DNA of 64,000 nt from an uncultured bacterium. GTDB taxonomy: Bacteria; CSSED10-310; CAZUFC01. A program made the translations under genes and the position numbers. A model generated the notes under the pieces. It ran no database searches and had not been told where the DNA came from. It saw only the letters and a program-made list of their open reading frames with translations. How positions within the stretch are numbered: the first letter of the stretch is position 1; each line of letters opens with the position of its first letter. The stretch covers positions 1 through 64,000 of the forward strand of contig CAZUFC010000028.1 of the NCBI GenBank assembly GCA_964619725.1, written 5' to 3'. Below are positions 56,291-64,000 of this stretch, piece by piece.

Positions 56291-58291
56291 TCAGCTTTTA
56301 TATTTCCTCACCCATTCGATAAATTGTTCCGGCTTGATCAAACCTGTTCTGTGAGAAACCGTTTTTCCCGTGGAATCGATGATGATGTAAGAAGGTAAGC
56401 CTGTAGGAACATTTGCAATCTGATAGTAGGATTTCAGAAGGTCCTTCAATAACCGTCCGCCTTCGGTTTCCAGCGATTCCGCCTGAATTTTGATCAGAAT
56501 GAAATCATCCAGCGCCGCTTTCGCCCTTTCATCTTCAAAAGTGGTTTTGTCCATATGCCGGCAATTTTTGCACCATGTCGCCCAGAAATCCAGGAATAGG
56601 GGCTTATTCTTTTGAACGGCCATGTCGCTGAAGTCCGGAATCTGTTTTTCATAGTGGAGCCATTCCTGACGAACGGGTTCTCCAATCTTCGCTGTTCCCA
56701 GCGACAAATCGATCCAGTTCAATCCGATCATTCCGTCGCAGACCAGCAATGCGCCGGCGATAATGAGCAAATACGCCGTTCCTCTTTTCAGCCGCTCTAT
56801 AACGGAGGGAGCTTCCGGCATAACGGAGCCCAATCCGAAAAAGACGGAGCTCAAAGTGAAGAAAATGCCCCAGAGCAACCTGGAGACACTTTCATTGTGA
56901 AATAGTTTTCCCGTATAGTAAACAGCGACGGCAAAAATCATGAATGCAAAAATGCGCTGCACCGATTTCATCCAGACTCCGCTTTTCGGAAGCACATTGA
57001 CGGCCCCGGAAAAAAGGGCCAAAACTATAAACAGAAGCCCCATTCCCCAGGCGAAAATAAACAGGCCCCAGAATCCCAGAAAATAATTTCCGGTTTTGGC
57101 GATAAACAACAGCAGGCTGAGGATGATCGGACCTACGCAGGGAGCGGCTATAAAACCCAGCGCCAATCCCATCAGAAGAGCTCCGACGTACCCTTTTTTG
57201 CCGGATACCTGCACACGGCTGGACAGCCAGTAAGGCAGACGAAATTCAAAAGAACCGAGCAGCGAAAAACCGAGAATGACGAAAATGACTATTAGAGGAA
57301 CGATTACGAAAGGATGATTGGAGTAACTCCCGAAAGTTTCTCCCGCACCCGCGGCGAAAAGTCCCAAAGCGGAATATGTTATAGATATTCCCAGCACATA
57401 GACCAACGCCAGCGATAAGGTTTTGGATTTCTTTTCACTTCCCTGCCGGGTAAAGAAGGCGACAGTGATCGGAATCATAGGAAAAACGCACGGAGTAAAC
57501 GATGCTGCTATGCCCAGAAAAAAAAGCGTTAATAATGCCGTGAATGAGCCCCTGGTTCTGATTATTCTTTCAAACTGTCCTTCCGCTTCTTCAGGTACGG
57601 CATCCGACTCTATTGAGGAAGGCATTTTTTCTACGGTTTCCTTCGCAGCGCTCTTCCACACCCAGGACAGCTCCTGTTTCGCCGCTTCTTTGAATTTTTC
57701 GGGAAATTCCAGGTCCGACACAGCCTCCATAAATTCGTTTTTATTCCTGACGCCGGGCAGCTCCCCTGTATCGGGCGATACGGTCAACGAAAAATTTTCT
57801 TTTTTATCGACGGGCGGAGTGCAGACGCCCGTTGCATCGTTGCAGCTCTGCCACCCGTATTCGAATTGAAAATCCGCTTTGTCCTGATTGAGACCATCCG
57901 GGATAAAACAAATGAAAAGTGCATAAACGACATCTTTATAAACTTTCGTATCAAACTGCTTTTCAATTTCATACGAGGTGTAAAAGGGCCCGGCGATCTC
58001 AATCGAATCCCCAGACTGGAGGCGGGTATAAAGAGGATAGGTAAAATCCTCATCATAGGAATAAGAATGATGAAAAATATGCTGATTTTCGGCGATGTCG
58101 AATTTTGCGCCGAATAATATTTGACCGCCTTGAATAGCTTTGTCTGCTGAAAAGAACCATTCGGCTTCAACCGGACCGGTCGATGAATACTGAGCGTTCG
58201 TTCCGAATGAAAAAGAAATCAGTAAAATTATGAAAATTAAAAAAACTCGTTTTGTGAAATCTAAGCATCCGAATCGATTTAAACCGGACAT
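56291..58291 (-). CDS. dsbD: Thiol:disulfide interchange protein DsbD-like
   Basis: N-domain QSCNDATGVC; TM domain FTPCVFPMIP and AAPCVGP; C-terminal thioredoxin WATWCKNC. Confidence 0.88.
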   Translation of the reverse strand: MSGLNRFGCLDFTKRVFLIFIILLISFSFGTNAQYSSTGPVEAEWFFSADKAIQGGQILFGAKFDIAENQHIFHHSYSYDEDFTYPLYTRLQSGDSIEIAGPFYTSYEIEKQFDTKVYKDVVYALFICFIPDGLNQDKADFQFEYGWQSCNDATGVCTPPVDKKENFSLTVSPDTGELPGVRNKNEFMEAVSDLEFPEKFKEAAKQELSWVWKSAAKETVEKMPSSIESDAVPEEAEGQFERIIRTRGSFTALLTLFFLGIAASFTPCVFPMIPITVAFFTRQGSEKKSKTLSLALVYVLGISITYSALGLFAAGAGETFGSYSNHPFVIVPLIVIFVILGFSLLGSFEFRLPYWLSSRVQVSGKKGYVGALLMGLALGFIAAPCVGPIILSLLLFIAKTGNYFLGFWGLFIFAWGMGLLFIVLALFSGAVNVLPKSGVWMKSVQRIFAFMIFAVAVYYTGKLFHNESVSRLLWGIFFTLSSVFFGLGSVMPEAPSVIERLKRGTAYLLIIAGALLVCDGMIGLNWIDLSLGTAKIGEPVRQEWLHYEKQIPDFSDMAVQKNKPLFLDFWATWCKNCRHMDKTTFEDERAKAALDDFILIKIQAESLETEGGRLLKDLLKSYYQIANVPTGLPSYIIIDSTGKTVSHRTGLIKPEQFIEWVRKYKS

Positions 58292-58333
58292 TTCCTATCC
58301 CTCCTTAATCAGCTTGACATTACAGTTGAAAAT

Positions 58334-59872
58334 TCACTGCCTCAATATCGCCTCAAGCTCTATAGACTTCACCGGCCTGCCGTCACGCTTAAAGAGATTG
58401 AGCCTGTCGGCGCTGAAAAGATAAATGATTTCATCGGAAGTTACAATAACGCTTTCGATATGATGGCCGGTTTCAATTATTTTATGCGGTTCGGCCTGCC
58501 GATCGCTCCGTTTCCAAATGCTTGCCTTTCCTTGTAAATACATTGTTTCGTCATCGTGAATGACGACATTCTCGATTATTTCTCTCTCAGGAAATCTTAT
58601 TGCCGCGCTGTCCCATCCGTCAGTCACCCTTTTTTTCTCATACAAACCTTCCGGGGTTTGAATGATAAGACGCTGATAAGAGTTCTGGAAAAAAGACATT
58701 TTTCGTATCCAGGGAGTCCTGCTTTGCGTCCCGACAGTTTCAGACGAAAAACGCGTCCAGAAGTTCATTCCCGGCTTTCGTTCATAGAGCCCCCCGCCGA
58801 AAATCGCACAATAAATGAGGTTTTCTTCTGATGAAAAGGCCAGCCCGGTCACTTCACCGTAGTGTTTGTTTTCTATCAGCGACTTGAGGTTGCGAGAATA
58901 CAAGCTCCATTCCTTGCGGACATCCGTTGACAGGTAAACGCCGTCCAGAGTACCGGCCAGGAATATTTTCTCACCGGCTTCTTTCAGACATATTAGTTCA
59001 GTTATTTCTGCAGGAGGAGCAGCGCAAGGAGCGGGAGAAGCGACGGGATATACTTCATAGAGCGATCCGGCGGACGTCGTGCCGAAGACGCGATTATCCG
59101 CCTCAAGAAATTCAATGCAATATTCGGGCAATTCCGCCCGGTCGATTATGGCCGGCGTTAGCTCATTCGGATTTATCAGGATTCTGGCAAGTTTACGGTT
59201 TTTGCCGGCGATGAAAAATTCATTATCCGACAGAGCTGCGACAGCCGTTATCATTTGGGAAGGTTCGCCGGCTTTTTGTCGTTCGACTGAACTTAATGCT
59301 TCAAAACGCCAGATCAGCAGCGACAGTAAAATAACGGCGAAAGCGGAAGAGAACGTTTTAATTGATGACCACCAGGGTTTCAGAAGATTCAGGCCGAATC
59401 TTGCAGCCAAAAAGGGGCATATTATGACAGCGGTCAGATAAGCGACCCGGCCAGCCCAGAGAGTGATGGAATAAACCGCTGCCATGCCGAAAATCGAACC
59501 GAATATCGTTTTCCACAGTGAGACTTTCACATTCATTCGTTTTGATTTGACGTAGACGGCGAATCCGCAGCCCGAAGCAACGATGAACGGTCCGATGTGC
59601 CATATGGTGAATGAAACATAACTGGTCAGCAGACTGCTGGGCAAGCCCCCAATAAATTTCTGAATCCATAAAAAAAACGCTCCTGCTGCGGGAAGAAACA
59701 GGGCCGTAACGACGGCGCCGATCAGAGAAGCGCTCCATAACGCTCTAAAATCGCAATCGGCCATCTCATCCGATCCTGGAACCGATATTATTTGCAGTCC
59801 CATTCCGCATTTACTGCAAATAAACGCTTCTTCCGTATTCGCGGTACCGCAGCGGCTACATTTTATCGTCAT
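58334..59872 (-). CDS. Zinc-ribbon + multi-TM + beta-propeller-like hypothetical protein
   Basis: CSRCG...CSKCG; about 5 TMs; AGTLDGVYLSTD-type BNR/propeller motifs. Confidence 0.7.
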   Translation of the reverse strand: MTIKCSRCGTANTEEAFICSKCGMGLQIISVPGSDEMADCDFRALWSASLIGAVVTALFLPAAGAFFLWIQKFIGGLPSSLLTSYVSFTIWHIGPFIVASGCGFAVYVKSKRMNVKVSLWKTIFGSIFGMAAVYSITLWAGRVAYLTAVIICPFLAARFGLNLLKPWWSSIKTFSSAFAVILLSLLIWRFEALSSVERQKAGEPSQMITAVAALSDNEFFIAGKNRKLARILINPNELTPAIIDRAELPEYCIEFLEADNRVFGTTSAGSLYEVYPVASPAPCAAPPAEITELICLKEAGEKIFLAGTLDGVYLSTDVRKEWSLYSRNLKSLIENKHYGEVTGLAFSSEENLIYCAIFGGGLYERKPGMNFWTRFSSETVGTQSRTPWIRKMSFFQNSYQRLIIQTPEGLYEKKRVTDGWDSAAIRFPEREIIENVVIHDDETMYLQGKASIWKRSDRQAEPHKIIETGHHIESVIVTSDEIIYLFSADRLNLFKRDGRPVKSIELEAILRQ

Positions 59873-60153
59873 TCATTATTTTCCGCTGACTTTTTCATCC
59901 TGTCCATCTGTTTTTGAACTCGCTTCAACTCCCTGTTCAGCTTCCGGATTCGGTCATCCAATTCGTCTACGTCGCCTCGCGTCGCCACATTCATCGAATT
60001 CAACACCTTCTCGATCTTCTTTTCCACTATTCCCTTCGTTAAAATTATCCGCTCCAACGTAGATGAAAAATGCTCGTTCATCATCAGCTCTCTGGTAAAG
60101 TCATCAACCGTCTCATTGCCTTTCTGAATAGCCTTTTCAATAAAATTCAACAT
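59869..60153 (-). CDS. Small coiled-coil protein, phasin/PHA-granule-associated-like
   Basis: VLNSMNVATRGDVDELDDRIRKL motif; GAGG RBS. Confidence 0.6.
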   Translation of the reverse strand: MLNFIEKAIQKGNETVDDFTRELMMNEHFSSTLERIILTKGIVEKKIEKVLNSMNVATRGDVDELDDRIRKLNRELKRVQKQMDRMKKSAENNE

Positions 60154-60209
60154 ATTTCACCTCATTGTCCTATGATTTTTATACCGACGTAATCCCTGAC
60201 AGCATGAAA

Positions 60210-60530
60210 TCAATCCTGTAACTCATCATCGGATATCGAATCAGGTATCTCGGTATCCAGGGGCAAATTCAAAGGATTGACCATTAATCGTTCACGACAG
60301 TGAGAACACACGATGTATTCGACTTTATAATAAACGTCCTTTTCCAGTCGTTTTTCACTTTTTCTTTTTATCTTGTCGAGGAGCCGTTTCAAATCGTCTT
60401 CGGTCTGAAAAGAGTCTTGTTCCGGTAAAATACCGTCGAATGCAGCCCAACTTTCGACTCTGTAGAAATATTTGAGCGATCCCGGTTTCAATTTTCTGCC
60501 GCACTTAGCGCAAAGATTTGTATTTTCCAT
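60210..60530 (-). CDS. Small Zn-binding hypothetical protein
   Basis: CAKCG and CSHC pairs, then NPL; overlaps the end of the rmlD-like gene. Confidence 0.7.
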   Translation of the reverse strand: MENTNLCAKCGRKLKPGSLKYFYRVESWAAFDGILPEQDSFQTEDDLKRLLDKIKRKSEKRLEKDVYYKVEYIVCSHCRERLMVNPLNLPLDTEIPDSISDDELQD

Positions 60531-61410
60531 TCCAATGTTCCCTCATGATGATGCAATTTTCTTCAAGAGATTTTTGTTTCCAATTGAAAGTGTTCTGAAA
60601 TTTGGATGAATCCAGGGAGCAGTCCGGCGGTCTGCTTTCCGGAAGTCCTGCTTCCTTCATTTTAGCGCTGTGAATCAACTCCGGTGATAACCCGAACACC
60701 TCGGCGATTTTCAAACCCATATTGAGCCGTGATATGCGTTCAGGTCCACCCAGATGATATAAGCCGGGTTGAGGATTCTCCAGGGCGGCTTGAAAAGCTC
60801 TGACGACGTCTCCGGTAAATATTGGGGTCCTGAACTGGTCGGAAAACAGCGGCGTTTTTTCGCCGTCGGACCATTTGTTCAGCATGCTTTCAGTAAATCC
60901 CCTCGGACAAAAATAACCTATGCCGAAGCAGAGCGCCAACCGTAATACCGTCGATCCTTTGGGATAAATTGAAAAAATCGCGTTTTCAGCTTCAACTTTT
61001 TGACGTCCGTACAGGTTCAGCGGATTCGGTTCGTCGTCTTCAGAGTAGTCGCCTTTCCTGCCGTCAAAAACTAAATCAGTCGACAAAAAATAAAACGGAA
61101 CTTCCATTTCTGCTGCCGCTTCAGCCAATGCCGCCGTGGAATCGATGTTGATGGCGCCTGAAGATCGGGGATCATTTTTACACTTTTCCGCATTCGTGAC
61201 GGCCGCGGTATGAATGATATGGGTCGGCTCTATTTTTAAAGCGCTTTCTTTCACAATATTCGGAAACCTCAAATCCAGTTCCACGGTTTCAGACTTTCCG
61301 AAATTGCCTTCCCTGCGGTGAACGGTAAATATCAAATCATTCCGTTCCCGCCATTCCCGATATAAATTCGATCCGATCAAGCCCGTTCCGCCAGTTATTA
61401 GTATCTTCAC
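60505..61410 (-). CDS. dTDP-4-dehydrorhamnose reductase-like SDR (RmlD family)
   Basis: ITGGTGLIG, STDLVFDG, YGRQK, DQFRTP, RPPDCSLD; GTG start after GAGGAGG. Confidence 0.88.
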   Translation of the reverse strand: MKILITGGTGLIGSNLYREWRERNDLIFTVHRREGNFGKSETVELDLRFPNIVKESALKIEPTHIIHTAAVTNAEKCKNDPRSSGAINIDSTAALAEAAAEMEVPFYFLSTDLVFDGRKGDYSEDDEPNPLNLYGRQKVEAENAIFSIYPKGSTVLRLALCFGIGYFCPRGFTESMLNKWSDGEKTPLFSDQFRTPIFTGDVVRAFQAALENPQPGLYHLGGPERISRLNMGLKIAEVFGLSPELIHSAKMKEAGLPESRPPDCSLDSSKFQNTFNWKQKSLEENCIIMREHWNGKYKSLR

Positions 61411-61568
61411 TGGTTTGTTCCTCCTCAACCATTATATAAACTCATTTTTCCGGGTCAACCGTCTGCATGAAACGACAAATATCTGGAGTTGCTCAAGCGC
61501 ATCCGGCAATGCCCGTTGTGAAAAAATTTCATGCCGGTATAATGAATCCGGGAGAAACAACCCTTCAA

Positions 61569-62078
61569 ATGACGGATTTTACGGGAAATACAGAAGATAA
61601 AAAATTTATATGCGATCGAATGCTAGGAAAGCTGGCTAAATGGCTGCGAATATTCGGTTATGATTGTACATTCATTCCTCCGGGAACAGGGATTGATCCC
61701 CTGAGGGAGGCGGAAACGGAAAACCGTTTTTTCCTGACCAGAGATCGTTCGTTCATTAAACGGTTGAAACGCGCTGATTCAATTCCCCGATGTCTGTTTA
61801 TAGAACATGATAATGTTCAAGATCAACTTGATCAGTTGCGTTCGGCGCTGAAACTCAATCTGGAATCGCCCGGATTGAACCGTTGCCTGCGATGCAATGA
61901 AAAGATCGTTTCCATTACAAAGGATGACGCCCGTAAATCAGGACAAGCGCCGGAATATGTCCTGACAAACCATTCTGAGTTCAAACGCTGTCCCCAATGC
62001 AAAAAGATTTACTGGAAAGGCTCGCATTTTCAAAGAATGAAAGATTTTGCCCGCATTATTGATGCAAATTCTTGCTGA
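61569..62078 (+). CDS. Mut7-C RNase domain protein (DUF82)
   Basis: FICDRMLGKLAKWLRIFGYD, LTRD, RCLRCN, CPQCKKIYWKGSH; start uncertain (61467-61569). Confidence 0.9.
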   Translation: MTDFTGNTEDKKFICDRMLGKLAKWLRIFGYDCTFIPPGTGIDPLREAETENRFFLTRDRSFIKRLKRADSIPRCLFIEHDNVQDQLDQLRSALKLNLESPGLNRCLRCNEKIVSITKDDARKSGQAPEYVLTNHSEFKRCPQCKKIYWKGSHFQRMKDFARIIDANSC

Positions 62079-62227
62079 TACATTCCGAGTACCGCAGACC
62101 GGTATTACGAGTCGGCCAATCAAGAATGGGCTTCCCCGAACATGATCAGCATGAAACAGGAATCCCCGCATCTTGCGAATTGAGCGGAATACCGTTATAG
62201 TCACTTGATCGCTTCGGGCGGGAAGGA

Positions 62228-63523
62228 GTGATAAGGATCATCATAAGGGAAAATTTTCGAAAAAAATTATCGTGGGTCTTGCTCTTCTGTGGTCTTTTCG
62301 TTCACGCCAACTTCCTTATTTCGCTTCATACGGGAGTCTGCGACCGTTTTTTTCATGACGCAACCAGGGACTACGGCAAGGGGTTTGATTTTTTTTCGAT
62401 TTACCAGGCGGGATACAATTTTCTGCACGGCATGAGCGTTTATTTTGGAGTCAGGGAGCATCGTTTCGGCGATGAACACCTGGTGGTCCCTTACTTCAGC
62501 GGTTTCCGATATTTGCCGGTTTATGCATACGCTTACGGAGCAGCATTGAACGTTTTTCCGCCATGGCTTTCTTACTGGAGCTGGATAAGCGTTGTGGAGC
62601 TTCTTTTTCTTTTTTGTATCTTCTTGACATGGAAGCTTGTCAGGAACCACACCGTTTTTCGCTTGGCCGCGTCCATGTGGTTGCTTTATTCCCCCTACTA
62701 CCTGGAACTGTATATGGGGCAGCAATCTTTCGTTACAGTCGCTTTGCTTTTCTTGATGGGTTACGGGATACTGAAAAATCGCGATAAACTGTTCAACGCC
62801 GCTTATGCCGGCAGCGCCGTTTGGAAATTGAATACGCTTCTGGCCGCGCCTCTGCTCGTAAGAATGAAACGTTTCAAGACGCTTATTATTATCGGATTAA
62901 TAATCATCTTAACTTCAGCCCCTTACTTCATTGCCGTGGAAGGCAGTTTTCCCGAATTCGCCTCCTATTTCAAACATAAACTGATCAGCGACGGACCCAA
63001 CAGCCTGGGTTTCTGGGCACTTTTCTCCGTCGTATGGAAAAGAGCCGGCGCAGACCCCTCTCTGATTCTTCCCATGCTCAAAATGCTGGCGAACATTTTC
63101 ATTTTAATTTCGATCATCGTTACCTTCCTTAACCTCCGATACGATCCCCTGAAATTACTCAGCATGTGGATTTGCACTTACTTTATCGCTTACAGATACG
63201 TCTGGGAACATCATTACATCATGATGCTGCCTGTTCTCGTGCTGCTTTTTCTTCATACCCGAGATCGTATCGTAATTTTTACTTTCATCTTCACGGCAAT
63301 CCCGACTCCATTCGTTTTCTGGAATGATCCTTCTCTCCCTATGCCGCAGGTTTCCTGGTCAGCATTCCAGGACATTTTTTATCATTCGATAAAAATTGTT
63401 CCCGTTATGGTTTTATATGCCTGGCTGGTCGGCGGCGAAATAAGGAGAGCCGTTCGAAACAAGGAACTGCTGATTTCTCACATTTGGAAAAAATTCTGGA
63501 GTTACGCCAATGCGGAAAATTAA
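62228..63523 (+). CDS. GT-C fold glycosyltransferase (GT87/DUF2029-like)
   Basis: DFFSIYQAG, FRYLP, GQ, VWK, VWEHHY; many TMs. Confidence 0.75.
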   Translation: MIRIIIRENFRKKLSWVLLFCGLFVHANFLISLHTGVCDRFFHDATRDYGKGFDFFSIYQAGYNFLHGMSVYFGVREHRFGDEHLVVPYFSGFRYLPVYAYAYGAALNVFPPWLSYWSWISVVELLFLFCIFLTWKLVRNHTVFRLAASMWLLYSPYYLELYMGQQSFVTVALLFLMGYGILKNRDKLFNAAYAGSAVWKLNTLLAAPLLVRMKRFKTLIIIGLIIILTSAPYFIAVEGSFPEFASYFKHKLISDGPNSLGFWALFSVVWKRAGADPSLILPMLKMLANIFILISIIVTFLNLRYDPLKLLSMWICTYFIAYRYVWEHHYIMMLPVLVLLFLHTRDRIVIFTFIFTAIPTPFVFWNDPSLPMPQVSWSAFQDIFYHSIKIVPVMVLYAWLVGGEIRRAVRNKELLISHIWKKFWSYANAEN

Positions 63524-64000
63524 GCCCGTTACCTGGATAACGGCGGCTATACTTTTGTTTTCCTTGATTCACATGCTTTCCTTTTATTTCTACACGGTTG
63601 AGGACGCTTATATCTCTTTCAGATACGCCCGGTTTTTCGCTGAAGGAGAAGGACTCGTCTATAATCCCGGCGAATATGTGGAAGGATATACGAATTTTCT
63701 GTGGGTCGTTATCCTGGGCCTTCTTTATGCCGCCGGTTTTCCCATGATACATGCGGCGAAAGTCCTGGGCATGGCGTTAGGAACTTTTACCGTATTTCTG
63801 GTTATGAAAAAAAGTAAATCCCTCGTTCATGATGAAATGAAGGCGTTGGTTCCCGGCGTTCTTCTGGGGGCTTGCAGCGCATTCGCTGTCTGGTGCCAGG
63901 CCGGCCTGGAAACGCCGCTGTTTTCATGCCTGCTTACCGCAGCGGTCCTCCGGTTTGCGGATGAATTGCAGGATGACTCCAGAATATCATTCTCCGGGGT
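63510..64000 (+). CDS. GT-C fold glycosyltransferase (AftB-like), partial, runs off the window
   Basis: Not in the ORF track; ATG 63510 gives MRKIKPVTWITAAILLFSLIHMLSFYFYTVEDAYISFRYARFFAEGEGLVYNPGEYVEGYTNFLW...GLETPLF. Confidence 0.8.
   Translation, partial: MRKIKPVTWITAAILLFSLIHMLSFYFYTVEDAYISFRYARFFAEGEGLVYNPGEYVEGYTNFLWVVILGLLYAAGFPMIHAAKVLGMALGTFTVFLVMKKSKSLVHDEMKALVPGVLLGACSAFAVWCQAGLETPLFSCLLTAAVLRFADELQDDSRISFSG

Overview
64-kb window from a diderm bacterium (lptB plus a large LptC/LptA fusion), standard genetic code, probably an uncultured lineage. The left third is mostly housekeeping: hpf-rpoN-lptB-lptC/A-HIT, rpsA, der, ssb, pspA, an ECF sigma/anti-sigma/Spy-like triad, speD-speE, manC, a PrsA-type PPIase, a bactofilin and tRNA-Gly(CCC). 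A cluster with two B12-radical-SAM genes, a methyltransferase and a sulfatase-like gene follows. The 35-53 kb region is rich in secreted enzymes: a gingipain-like C25 protease, a PQQ sugar dehydrogenase, a beta-propeller glycosidase-like protein, a papain-like protease and a retropepsin. The right end holds an RsbW/V/U-like partner-switch, dsbD and GT-C glycosyltransferases. Three observations stand out. (1) Four unrelated secreted proteins end in the same ~115-120 aa C-terminal domain, which suggests a lineage-specific C-terminal sorting or anchoring system. (2) One of them is interrupted mid-domain by an in-frame TGA followed by a bacterial SECIS-like hairpin, so it is a candidate new secreted selenoprotein. 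(3) The ECF sigma factor appears to start at a non-canonical ATT codon. No CRISPR array, integrase or transposase was seen. All family calls come from motif recognition by eye, not from database searches.
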